This document shows, piece after piece, positions 18,852 to 26,648 of a DNA stretch of 29,601 nucleotides. Position numbers and translations under genes: made by a program. The DNA comes from an uncultured Candidatus Saccharibacteria bacterium (GTDB lineage: Bacteria > Patescibacteriota > Minisyncoccia > UBA6257 > Colwellbacteraceae). How positions within the stretch are numbered: the stretch's first letter is position 1; every line of letters starts with the position of its first letter. The DNA lies in the NCBI GenBank assembly GCA_964392905.1, contig CAYMRK010000001.1:1-29601 (forward strand), given 5' to 3'. The notes under the pieces are model-generated. The model was not told where the DNA came from, did not search any database, and saw nothing but the letters and a program-made list of their open reading frames with translations.

Positions 18852-20406
18852 AAGCTTCTATCTCCTTCATTGTGAATGTTATAGGATCATACTCAAGAGG
18901 AATGACCGTGCCGGTGTACTCACCCATCGGCCTATTCTTCAGATCTCTTAGTAAGGGACGATTGCGTAGCTTAGGATCTTCGTGCTGATTGTCACGCTCA
19001 AGAGCAAACACGTGTTCGGCCCATTGCTTAAGCGCTCCCGCACCAAGTAGATCATCAAGGTGCACACGTCCTCCTTCTTCGTGTGGCTTACCATCAGCTT
19101 TTCGTAGGTGACTGATGACAAAGAGGGGAAACTCCAAAGAGGTCTGAAGCTTCCCTAGTTTTACAATTAGGTTACGGGTCTTCTGGTTTATGTCTCGATC
19201 GTACTGGTCGATGATAGCTGTAATGTGATCTAGGAATACTGCTTGGCATCCTAGGCCTTGTACCATGTAGCGGATGTGACTTAGGATTAGGTCTTCATCA
19301 AAGCCTATCTGTTTGTCATATAGTACCACACGGTCTTCTGTAATCAAGGTAGTAACAGCCTGTAGGCGCTCATCATCAGAGACCTCAGACTTAGCTGTGT
19401 GGAAATCCTTGCTGTGGAGTAGCGTCAGTAGTCCATTGAGTGTATTCTTGGAGGGCTCCTCAAGATGAATCACTCCTATCTTGAGCTTCTCTTTGTAGCA
19501 ATGGGCTTCCAGTTGTTTGAACAACGTTGTCTTACCTATACCACTGCCAGCAGTGATAAAAATAAGTCCAGGACATATACCGGGAGTTGTCTCATTGAGC
19601 GTGGGTATAGGCCAAGAGATCCCACGCTTTGGTTTTTCAGTGAGAATCTTGAAGTAATCCGCCGGATCTATAATGCCCCGAGGTTTCCACACTCGGGCAC
19701 CTTGGTAAGCCTCAAGCATTCCGGCGCGACCTCTGGATAACCATAGATCATTGAGGTCTTTGGTATCTGCGGGGAGGTTCATCACGCGGAATTTTGAGGA
19801 ACCGAGGGCTTGACATACCTCCTGTGTAGCTTTAGTTCCAGCCTCGTCGTTATCGAAACCAAGGTAAACCTCTTGGTATCTGTCGATCCAGTCAAGGTTA
19901 AACCGTAGAGTTTCTAATGCTCCCTGTGCACCACAAGGAACTGAGACCACATGGAAACCAACAGGACTAAGGGCCTCATAAGCACTGAGGGCATCAATTT
20001 CTCCCTCAGTTATTAGGAGCTTGAGACCACCGTGGTCACCATAGATTCTACGTCCAAAGAGCAGGTGCTTTAGCTGAACCTTAGGTGCCTCGGCACTGTA
20101 GACTCGGAAGTTTTTATCCTTATCGCGCACCTTTTGGAACAAGAGGTTACCTTCGTTATCAAAGTAGCAGGCGACCTGTAGGTTCGGGATGCAACCATAG
20201 GTAAACTTCCGACAAACTTCAGTGCTTAAGTTTCTGGTAGGCAGCGGTCGATACTCTAGGTCACCCAGTGATACGAGGGAACCACTGGGTGTAACCTTAG
20301 AGCTATCGCCACCAACGTCACCACAGCTGAAGCAATACGTGTGGTCTCCGTAGTCCGTTAGTGCGTCAGAGGACGCGCAGCTTGGACATGGCAAGTGCGT
20401 TCGCAT
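18817..20406 (-). CDS. gp4: Primase-helicase (T7 gp4-like), 529 aa
   Basis: Zn finger CPSC...YCFSC, TOPRIM ITEGEIDALS and GFDND, Walker A AGSGIGKTT, FLDHIT, VISHLRK, KNR arginine-finger region. Confidence 0.96.
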   Translation of the reverse strand: MRTHLPCPSCASSDALTDYGDHTYCFSCGDVGGDSSKVTPSGSLVSLGDLEYRPLPTRNLSTEVCRKFTYGCIPNLQVACYFDNEGNLLFQKVRDKDKNFRVYSAEAPKVQLKHLLFGRRIYGDHGGLKLLITEGEIDALSAYEALSPVGFHVVSVPCGAQGALETLRFNLDWIDRYQEVYLGFDNDEAGTKATQEVCQALGSSKFRVMNLPADTKDLNDLWLSRGRAGMLEAYQGARVWKPRGIIDPADYFKILTEKPKRGISWPIPTLNETTPGICPGLIFITAGSGIGKTTLFKQLEAHCYKEKLKIGVIHLEEPSKNTLNGLLTLLHSKDFHTAKSEVSDDERLQAVTTLITEDRVVLYDKQIGFDEDLILSHIRYMVQGLGCQAVFLDHITAIIDQYDRDINQKTRNLIVKLGKLQTSLEFPLFVISHLRKADGKPHEEGGRVHLDDLLGAGALKQWAEHVFALERDNQHEDPKLRNRPLLRDLKNRPMGEYTGTVIPLEYDPITFTMKEIEAYEPPPDFPSDF

Positions 20407-20626
20407 GAGCCACCTCGGCTTTCACGTCGATAACGGCTGGAGGATCTTGGATAACTATGTACTCGAAGTTCTTAGGAAGCCTTTGACAGCCGCTTCCATG
20501 AGTCTCCAGTTTTCCATTAGGTAAGACCTTGTAGATTTTATACCCAAGCTTAGACCTGCGGCAGACACCTGCCACTATTGCTCTAGGAGGAGGGGGGAGC
20601 TCACTTGCTTTAATCCAGGGGGTCAT
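20366..20626 (-). CDS. Hypothetical 86-aa protein
   Basis: ATGA-coupled to the upstream ORF; part of the tightly packed minus-strand series. Confidence 0.6.
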   Translation of the reverse strand: MTPWIKASELPPPPRAIVAGVCRRSKLGYKIYKVLPNGKLETHGSGCQRLPKNFEYIVIQDPPAVIDVKAEVAHANALAMSKLRVL

Positions 20627-20733
20627 TGGTTATCCTTTCGTTTCTTCTGACTATCAAGAAGCTTCTTTAGTAGCTTCCTACGATTCTTGCGGTTTAACTT
20701 AGGGAAGTCATCCGGGTGTAACTTTGGTTTCAT
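20623..20733 (-). CDS. 36-aa basic peptide (MKPKLHPDDFPKLNRKNRRKLLKKLLDSQKKRKDNQ)
   Basis: 3' part of track ORF 20623-20859. ATG at 20733 overlaps the FmdB-like stop (TGATG) and its stop overlaps the next ATG. Confidence 0.5.
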   Translation of the reverse strand: MKPKLHPDDFPKLNRKNRRKLLKKLLDSQKKRKDNQ

Positions 20734-20957
20734 CAGAAACTTATGTCCTCTCTGTCGATTCCTCGGTCGCCCTTGTTCGTGGTGACACCCATAGTCCCAC
20801 GCTTCTGCTTGAACTTGTGTGGTGGGGCGCCCACGAGTTTCTTCATGGGGTAATCGCACTGGTCACAGGTAACAGAAGGGGTACCAGAGATGCTATGGAA
20901 AAGGTCGGTCTCATGGAGACAATCGGGGTTAGTGCAGCGATAGGTGTACGTGGGCAT
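20733..20957 (-). CDS. FmdB-family zinc ribbon protein, 74 aa
   Basis: MPTYTYRC...C.H....F.S......TCDQC..PMKKLV matches the FmdB (CxxC-CxxC) pattern; RBS TAAGGAG. Confidence 0.8.
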   Translation of the reverse strand: MPTYTYRCTNPDCLHETDLFHSISGTPSVTCDQCDYPMKKLVGAPPHKFKQKRGTMGVTTNKGDRGIDREDISF

Positions 20958-20966
20958 TGGTTCTCC

Positions 20967-21083
20967 TTAGTACCTACAAAAGTAGTCCATCAGGCCTACG
21001 ATTACAAGAGTAGTCACAGCTACACCCGTGACTACGACCACTGTATAACAATAGATTTTATCAAGAAGTGTTCTATTGTCCAT
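20967..21083 (-). CDS. 38-aa single-TM membrane peptide (MDNRTLLDKIYCYTVVVVTGVAVTTLVIVGLMDYFCRY)
   Basis: Hand-translated. TAATG-coupled to the upstream gene; its stop runs straight into the TAAGGAG RBS of the next gene; about 20 hydrophobic residues in a row. Confidence 0.65.
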   Translation of the reverse strand: MDNRTLLDKIYCYTVVVVTGVAVTTLVIVGLMDYFCRY

Positions 21084-21346
21084 TAGTTAATAGCATCCTT
21101 TGAAGCTTCGGTACCATAGGTACCGACTATCCCAAGGAGTTCCCCCAAGCGCCCATTGACTAGACCAAAGAAGCCAAAGACATCCTCCTTTTTATCAAGA
21201 GTTTCAATGGCATTCCCATTAGCATCCACCGCGGAGACATCAATCTCGAAGTTTCCGGTGCCATCGTTAGCTCTTGTCAGAGCTACTGTCGCTGTCAGCT
21301 TGGTTCCCAGATCGTTTACCACGGTTACGGTTGTTACGTGTTTCAT
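21083..21346 (-). CDS. Hypothetical 87-aa protein
   Basis: AAAGGAG RBS; beta-rich N-terminal half. Confidence 0.65.
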   Translation of the reverse strand: MKHVTTVTVVNDLGTKLTATVALTRANDGTGNFEIDVSAVDANGNAIETLDKKEDVFGFFGLVNGRLGELLGIVGTYGTEASKDAIN

Positions 21347-21426
21347 TCTTTCGTTGCTCCTTTAATCTCTTTTGAATCAGTCGTTTAATCGCTGGTACAC
21401 CCAATAGTTCAGGAGGAATCAATGGG

Positions 21427-21732
21427 CTACGCATGAAGTACACCTAATGCTAGATTCTTAATGTCAGCCATGGTTCTCTTAAACATCGCAAGTTCCTTTG
21501 AGAGCTCAAGGTACTCAAGCCCCTTTGCTTCAAGGCGCTGCTTAAGGCCAACGACTTCGGCATTGGCGTATTCTAGAGCTTTCTCAGCGGCTATCCTCTG
21601 TCTGTCCGTAATGACTATAGTGTCCTTAAGAGAGGCTATAGTATCTTGAAGCTCCTTGATCTTAGATGCAATAGGGCAACTGTTGTGCATATCAGCCACA
21701 GATATTCTTATGTCAGTCATTCGTACCACCAC
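21427..21732 (-). CDS. Hypothetical coiled-coil protein, 101 aa
   Basis: Heptad-like composition; overlaps the endonuclease end. The start could be the second Met (MTDIR). Confidence 0.55.
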   Translation of the reverse strand: MVVRMTDIRISVADMHNSCPIASKIKELQDTIASLKDTIVITDRQRIAAEKALEYANAEVVGLKQRLEAKGLEYLELSKELAMFKRTMADIKNLALGVLHA

Positions 21733-22127
21733 TCCTCAGGTATTGATCGTCCAATGTGATACTTGAACCCGTGCTTGACGCACCAGTCCGAGTACCGTGT
21801 CTTACTCCGGGGGTTGATCTTATTGTTAGCCATGAAGACAAAGCGAATGTCCTTCTCTGGATTCGCCATCTTAACCCGAAGCATCTTGGTTCTATCGATA
21901 CTATCGAAGAAGCCCTTGGCCTCTACGTAGATACCATTGGGCAATAGGAAGTCTGGGATATACTCAAGCATGTAGCCCAAGTGTTTATCCTTGGGCTCAT
22001 ACTCGAAGGATAATCCTCGGCGTTCCATGTCGGATACAAGCGCTGCCTCAAAGGTGGAACGCTTGCCATTCCGAGGACGTGCCGAGGCCCACCACGGCTT
22101 ACGTCCATAGACTCTTGGTTTAGGCAT
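21717..22127 (-). CDS. gp3: Endonuclease I / Holliday junction resolvase (T7 gp3-like)
   Basis: RSTFE, FEYE, YIPDFLLPNGIYVEAKG (PD-(D/E)xK), DRTKM, DIRFVF, YSDWCVKHGF. Confidence 0.95.
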   Translation of the reverse strand: MPKPRVYGRKPWWASARPRNGKRSTFEAALVSDMERRGLSFEYEPKDKHLGYMLEYIPDFLLPNGIYVEAKGFFDSIDRTKMLRVKMANPEKDIRFVFMANNKINPRSKTRYSDWCVKHGFKYHIGRSIPEEWWYE

Positions 22128-22365
22128 TAGTTACCTCTATGTCTAAGGTAGCACCTGAGTCTACTACTACAAGGATGTTTTGCCATCCAAAAGAATCAGG
22201 ATGCCAACCACTATTACTTTTCTCCGATAAATCCCATGCAAACTCTGGAGATACTTTGATTACCCCTTTCCCGCACACTTTTGTGACTCCCCATGTTCCA
22301 ATAGGCATGTCCTCTAGTGTGTACTCTCTAACTTCATGATCCTTACGTGTCTTAACTTTAATCAT
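22120..22365 (-). CDS. Hypothetical 81-aa protein
   Basis: TAAGGAG RBS; fills the SSB-endonuclease gap. Confidence 0.65.
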   Translation of the reverse strand: MIKVKTRKDHEVREYTLEDMPIGTWGVTKVCGKGVIKVSPEFAWDLSEKSNSGWHPDSFGWQNILVVVDSGATLDIEVTNA

Positions 22366-22375
22366 AGATTACTCC

Positions 22376-23002
22376 TTAGAAATCTGAAGTTCCATCGCTA
22401 TCGAAGTCCGGGGCTTCTGGTGCAGCCACGAACCCTCCGGGTACACTGGTGAAATCAGCAGCACATGAGGCACCTTCGACAATAGAAATCAACTGTACCT
22501 TCTCAAGGTATAGCACTAGACCAACAGTCTTACGCTGGGTATCAATAGACTTCCTGAAGCTCATGACGATACGACCAGTGGAACCAGAGAACGCACGACC
22601 AGCGGCAGCATCAGACATGATGTTATTCGCTGAGTCTTTAATCACTGGTTTATTCTTAGAAGTAGCCTTCAGCAGGTAGAATCCAGTTTCGTTACCGTCG
22701 TCATCTTCTTCAGCTTTGCAGATGTCCTTGATCCTATAGGACTTGCGGTCTTTGGTAATCGTTGGTATCAGTTCGTTACCGACAGTATCATTAAGATCGT
22801 TGAGAGCCTTGAGGTAGGCAGCAACTACTGGATCTTTAGAGTCCAAGCGTAGGGTAACGGAGTACTTCGGTGGAGCAAAGCTGCCATCGGGAAGCTTGTA
22901 GCGATCAGGTGTCACGATATGAATGTAAGGCATAGGAGCAGCAGGTGTCACCTGAAGCTTGGGCACATTAACGTAGTCGCTGGTTCCAGAATTCTTAGCC
23001 AT
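22376..23002 (-). CDS. gp2.5: Single-stranded DNA-binding protein (T7 gp2.5-like)
   Basis: OB-fold-like KYSVTLRL, LKATSKNKP.IKDS, LYLEKVQLI; acidic tail ending in Phe (DFDSDGTSDF); synteny. Confidence 0.85.
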   Translation of the reverse strand: MAKNSGTSDYVNVPKLQVTPAAPMPYIHIVTPDRYKLPDGSFAPPKYSVTLRLDSKDPVVAAYLKALNDLNDTVGNELIPTITKDRKSYRIKDICKAEEDDDGNETGFYLLKATSKNKPVIKDSANNIMSDAAAGRAFSGSTGRIVMSFRKSIDTQRKTVGLVLYLEKVQLISIVEGASCAADFTSVPGGFVAAPEAPDFDSDGTSDF

Positions 23003-23181
23003 TAGTTTTTACCTCCAAAGATATTATCGGTCAGAGCTATAGCAGCACAGACGAGACCAGTGAGCCAAAAGGCTATAGGTGCAAGGTTCACAGGGGCAGC
23101 TGGTGACAGGATGGCGCAGTCGTTCAACATAAGTACACAGACCATAATAATGAGGGCAAGGGTTACATTGGTACTCTTCAC
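23002..23181 (-). CDS. 59-aa two-TM membrane protein (GTG start; MKSTNVTLALIIMVCVLML...IAFWLTGLVCAAIALTDNIFGGKN)
   Basis: Hand-translated. GAGGAG RBS overlaps the RNAP stop; TAATG-coupled to SSB; two hydrophobic segments. Confidence 0.7.
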   Translation of the reverse strand: MKSTNVTLALIIMVCVLMLNDCAILSPAAPVNLAPIAFWLTGLVCAAIALTDNIFGGKN

Positions 23182-23190
23182 AAATTCTCC

Positions 23191-25578
23191 TCATGCAAAC
23201 GCATAGATAGCCTCCCGGATTTCTCCGGTTAGCAAAGTTCCCTTCTGGGGAACAGGTATCGGAAGTTCTTCTCCGGTCTTAGACTTGAAGTCTAGCTTGA
23301 TAGCCTCTGTTATATCGAAGGTATCATACAGATCAGCAAAAGCCTCAGCTATTAACTGCTGACCACAGCGGGCAACATCTGGAGCCGTCAGACCGTAAGA
23401 GTCGTGGATTGTCACAAAGGGAATTCCCTTTGGAAGTCTAGAAACCACCATGGCCAAGTGAGTGGCATCCATGGAATGGGTAACATTAGGGCTATATGCA
23501 CTTAAGTTTCTCCTTACATCTTGTTTGTCCGTGGGGACGCGGTAGTTAATAAAGACCGTCTGATTCTCCAGTGCTACCTGCTTTGTCTTGGTCTTTGGTA
23601 GACGCTGGATTACCTTGAAGCCGTCAGGTAGAAGCCATGAGATCTCAAGGTTCCTATCCATGTACTCCTTGGCTACATCACGATACCATTGCATTAGATC
23701 CGCAGTGGTTCCAAGCAATCCCATGATACAGCTATGGTTATACTCCCTTAGCTCAACAGCATGTACTTTGTCCTCCTTGCTCAAGAAGTTGTTAGGGCTT
23801 GCATTCAAGAGTTCCTCTTGTATCTGCTGACCCATGCCCATGATACTTACGTTATATGGAGTAGTCATGGTATTACGTTTGACTAGCTTGCGTGTAACCT
23901 TTCCTTTCCAATAGGAATCTTCAGGTATCACGGACTCCACACGTTCAAGGACTTTTGTGTAGATGTCGCTTGGTTTACTCATAGGAACCAAGGACACCAG
24001 TTCTGCTGTGCCTCGGTCTCTAACTGTAGTAGCCAAGTGCTGTAGACCATTGCATCTTCCGTCTCGGTTCACTGGAAGCTGGGTGTAGTCCTGCTTACCA
24101 AGGACAATACTTGTGTACTCTATACACCAAGCCAAGAAGCACCATGGTTTATCAGCATCAGTCCACCACTGATACTCGAAAGGATCAACAGCACACTGCA
24201 GAATTCTATTGTGGTTCACTCGAATAAAGGACACACGATCATCAAAGGAAACCTTGTCGTTACCCATAAGGTTAGACCCCTGAATCATATACCAACGCCA
24301 TGCTTCAGAGTCTTTAGGAGATAGCGGTGTACGTTGGTGGAATCTCAAGAGGCTACGTGCCACATCGTTACCCTGAGGATTCAGGGAGGTAGCGATAGAA
24401 TACACTCGGCCTCTATAGTCTAGACGATAGGGAAACCAGATGGCTTCATACTGAGCGAACTTCTTAGCTATGCTCATGGTTCTTAAGAACGCTAGTCGTT
24501 GGCCTACAGTGCGACTGTGGTAAAAGGTTCCGTAGGCTATAGCTGCCTGCTGTTTCCACTCATGAACCACGTCAGGCCTTGTAGCTTCCAGTGTTTTGTA
24601 CTCCACGTAGGACTTCCAAGGCTTCTCTGGTATCACGATATCCACGTCATTCAAGGGAACTGACTTATGGTTAGTCTCATAAGCGTGCTTAAGATGCCGA
24701 AGTATCTCTTGGTTTATTTCCCAAGGCACAGCCCCTTGTTTATTGAGGATCTCTAGGCGGCTACCCAAGGCGCCCTCGGCTTCCAGCTGTATAGCTGTAG
24801 ACTCTTGATGTGTGATAGCCAAAGAACGTAGCGTTAGGTAGCCCCCGTCATCTATGGTAGTCCAAGGCTTCGGAGGACAGACCATTGGCATATACATTGG
24901 GTGCATAGAGGCCATCTTCTCGATGCTACTCAAGACATACCTCATGACCTTTTCTGTCGGATACAATAGGTTCATTGTCTTGGTACCTATTGTTTCCGGG
25001 TGCACCTCAAAGAGACCAGAAGTTTCTATAGCTCCTTTGAGCATAGGATAGCCCACGCTCGTCAGTTCACTGGTAGTTCCACGGAGATCTGTGTGTTTAA
25101 GAGTGTCCTTGTACCATCGTATAGTTCTGTAGTAATAGCGTTTGTTCTTATTTTCTAAAGATTCTACCATGTGGGCGTAGGCTTTAGGCGACTTCTTCTT
25201 TAGAACCACATAGTTGAAGTGATCCAAGAGCAAGTGCCCAAGCTTTATAGACAAGGAAGATATACAGTTAAGGCTCTCGGACTTCTTAAAGTGTGCACGT
25301 CCTGAGAAAGCTGCGTCCATAAGGCACTTAAGAACTATGACCGAGATTTCCGTAGGTGTAAGACATAAGAAGATACCCTTTTGCACATTGCTATTGAAGG
25401 TCGTAGACTTAGCAAAAGTCCTTACGTAGTCTTCCATAGCTGTCATAGCTTTACATAAAATGTAGTTTCCTATGTCTGTGTAACTGAAGGCTGTCTCTGA
25501 ATAGGTTCCTTTGTACTTGGAAACACCAATGTCTAGCCACTGTTGTTCTAAGGCTTCTTGGGTTTCTCTTAAGTCCAT
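23191..25578 (-). CDS. gp1: Single-subunit DNA-directed RNA polymerase (T7 gp1-like), 795 aa
   Basis: DYRGRVY, LNPQGND, motif A DGRCNGLQH, motif B RKLVKRNTMTTPY, PNVTHSMDATH, motif C IHDSY; RBS TAAGGAG. Confidence 0.97.
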   Translation of the reverse strand: MDLRETQEALEQQWLDIGVSKYKGTYSETAFSYTDIGNYILCKAMTAMEDYVRTFAKSTTFNSNVQKGIFLCLTPTEISVIVLKCLMDAAFSGRAHFKKSESLNCISSLSIKLGHLLLDHFNYVVLKKKSPKAYAHMVESLENKNKRYYYRTIRWYKDTLKHTDLRGTTSELTSVGYPMLKGAIETSGLFEVHPETIGTKTMNLLYPTEKVMRYVLSSIEKMASMHPMYMPMVCPPKPWTTIDDGGYLTLRSLAITHQESTAIQLEAEGALGSRLEILNKQGAVPWEINQEILRHLKHAYETNHKSVPLNDVDIVIPEKPWKSYVEYKTLEATRPDVVHEWKQQAAIAYGTFYHSRTVGQRLAFLRTMSIAKKFAQYEAIWFPYRLDYRGRVYSIATSLNPQGNDVARSLLRFHQRTPLSPKDSEAWRWYMIQGSNLMGNDKVSFDDRVSFIRVNHNRILQCAVDPFEYQWWTDADKPWCFLAWCIEYTSIVLGKQDYTQLPVNRDGRCNGLQHLATTVRDRGTAELVSLVPMSKPSDIYTKVLERVESVIPEDSYWKGKVTRKLVKRNTMTTPYNVSIMGMGQQIQEELLNASPNNFLSKEDKVHAVELREYNHSCIMGLLGTTADLMQWYRDVAKEYMDRNLEISWLLPDGFKVIQRLPKTKTKQVALENQTVFINYRVPTDKQDVRRNLSAYSPNVTHSMDATHLAMVVSRLPKGIPFVTIHDSYGLTAPDVARCGQQLIAEAFADLYDTFDITEAIKLDFKSKTGEELPIPVPQKGTLLTGEIREAIYAFA

Positions 25579-25627
25579 CTTAAGACTCCTTAAGTTTTTA
25601 GTTTTTACTTTAGTTTTAACTTAGGTT
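25579..25627 (-). repeat. AT-rich leader with short AAC(C)TAA(A/G) direct repeats
   Basis: Minus strand reads AACCTAAGTTAAAACTAAAGTAAAAACTAAAAACTTAAGGAG. Related units AACCTAAAGTGT-AACCTAAGGTGT-AACTTA occur at about 15148-15180. Confidence 0.55.
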
Positions 25628-25653
25628 CCCCTTAGGAACTTAGTTCGTGACAC
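25628..25653 (-). promoter_or_regulatory. Candidate phage RNAP promoter/operator, copy B (GTGTCACGAACTAAGTTCCTAAGGGG)
   Basis: 22/26 identical to 15193-15218. Lies in the only sizeable intergenic gap (25579-25707), upstream of RNAP. Confidence 0.6.
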
Positions 25654-25707
25654 TCGCGCTTTGGACGCGGGTTTGCGAAAGTTTCGTTTGGAGCTTTGGC
25701 GTACAAC

Positions 25708-25962
25708 CTACGCTTCCATCAGGTTTAACTTTAGGATTGCTGATCTAAGATTACAAAGGTGCCACGCTGGACTCCATTGATCCCGGAATATCAGGTAGCC
25801 TCTAAGGCGTCTTAGATTCAGATCGAATCTTCTGGACACTTCTTCAGAATCGAAATGAACTCCGACCATTTCACCATCGATGACAACAACAGTTCCTCGG
25901 TACTCTTGTTTCGGAAGACCTGGAAGCTTAGCGATAACCTTCTGTCCCACCTGCCAGTTCAT
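25708..25962 (-). CDS. SH3-like paralogue P1, 84 aa, ends ILKLNLMEA
   Basis: WQVGQKV...GTVV...VGVHFDS; shared C-terminal motif; ATGA-coupled. Confidence 0.8.
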   Translation of the reverse strand: MNWQVGQKVIAKLPGLPKQEYRGTVVVIDGEMVGVHFDSEEVSRRFDLNLRRLRGYLIFRDQWSPAWHLCNLRSAILKLNLMEA

Positions 25963-26387
25963 GGGACATCCTCCTCATCGGAGGATACCAAGGCCACAAT
26001 AGAATCCACCAGTTCAGTCTCAAGATACTCAGGATAATCAGCCCCCCAGTCATCCTTGAACAGGAGATCAGCTTCAGCCTTAGCCAACAGGCCAGCCACA
26101 GTTTCTCTGATGTTAGCCATGGCTTCTGAGAACGCGAGGAATCCAGCGTCACGTGCTGCCAAGCGCTCAGAAACAACAGGCCAAGCATCACCACGGATAA
26201 CCATGGATACCAGTTGCTTAGGTTTATCATAGGCGAGCTTAGTAAGGTATCGTCGGAGTTCGCTGGTGGACACTTTGTTAGGCACGAGAGCCTTTCGTAT
26301 CTGGGGTTCCAGCTGCTCCAGTGTCTTGTGCGCCACACGGCGAAGGTTTTTCATTATGAATCGAACGTGCGTTAAGGTGTACTTCAT
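25959..26387 (-). CDS. Hypothetical helical protein, 142 aa, acidic C-terminus
   Basis: RBS ATGGAGGAG supplied by the P2 tail; ATGA-coupled to P1. Confidence 0.7.
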   Translation of the reverse strand: MKYTLTHVRFIMKNLRRVAHKTLEQLEPQIRKALVPNKVSTSELRRYLTKLAYDKPKQLVSMVIRGDAWPVVSERLAARDAGFLAFSEAMANIRETVAGLLAKAEADLLFKDDWGADYPEYLETELVDSIVALVSSDEEDVP

Positions 26388-26390
26388 TGG

Positions 26391-26645
26391 TTACTCCTCC
26401 ATTAGGTTAGTCTTAAGAACTACCGGACGAACAAAGCGTCCCCAATCGTAAGCAAGCCAGACTCTATCAAGAGCCCCCAGTTCTTCATCAGAACTGAAAA
26501 AGCGCACAAAGAGAGCCTGCCCACTATCGTCCTCTGCGGATATCACACGTATACGATAGTACTTAGTGTACTGTGGAACATAGCACCCCAGAGCGCCGAG
26601 GACTATGTAGAGCTCCTGTCCTGGGCGAATACTTCGGACATCCAT
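26391..26645 (-). CDS. SH3-like paralogue P2, 84 aa, ends VLKTNLMEE
   Basis: IRPGQELY N-terminus, same length and C-terminal motif as the other paralogues; more divergent core. Confidence 0.75.
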   Translation of the reverse strand: MDVRSIRPGQELYIVLGALGCYVPQYTKYYRIRVISAEDDSGQALFVRFFSSDEELGALDRVWLAYDWGRFVRPVVLKTNLMEE

Positions 26646-26648
26646 AGG

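Noticed and set aside
21267-21434. 55-codon ORF MRSPLIPPELLGVPAIKRLIQKRLKEQRK...
   Set aside because: Weak RBS and about 80-nt out-of-frame overlap with the 87-aa gene; could be real but unsupported.
25654-25707. Short CGCG and CGAAA..TTTCG hairpins upstream of RNAP as an early terminator or sigma70 promoter
   Set aside because: Stems are short or mismatched with no U-tract on the coding strand, and I found no convincing -35/-10 pair.
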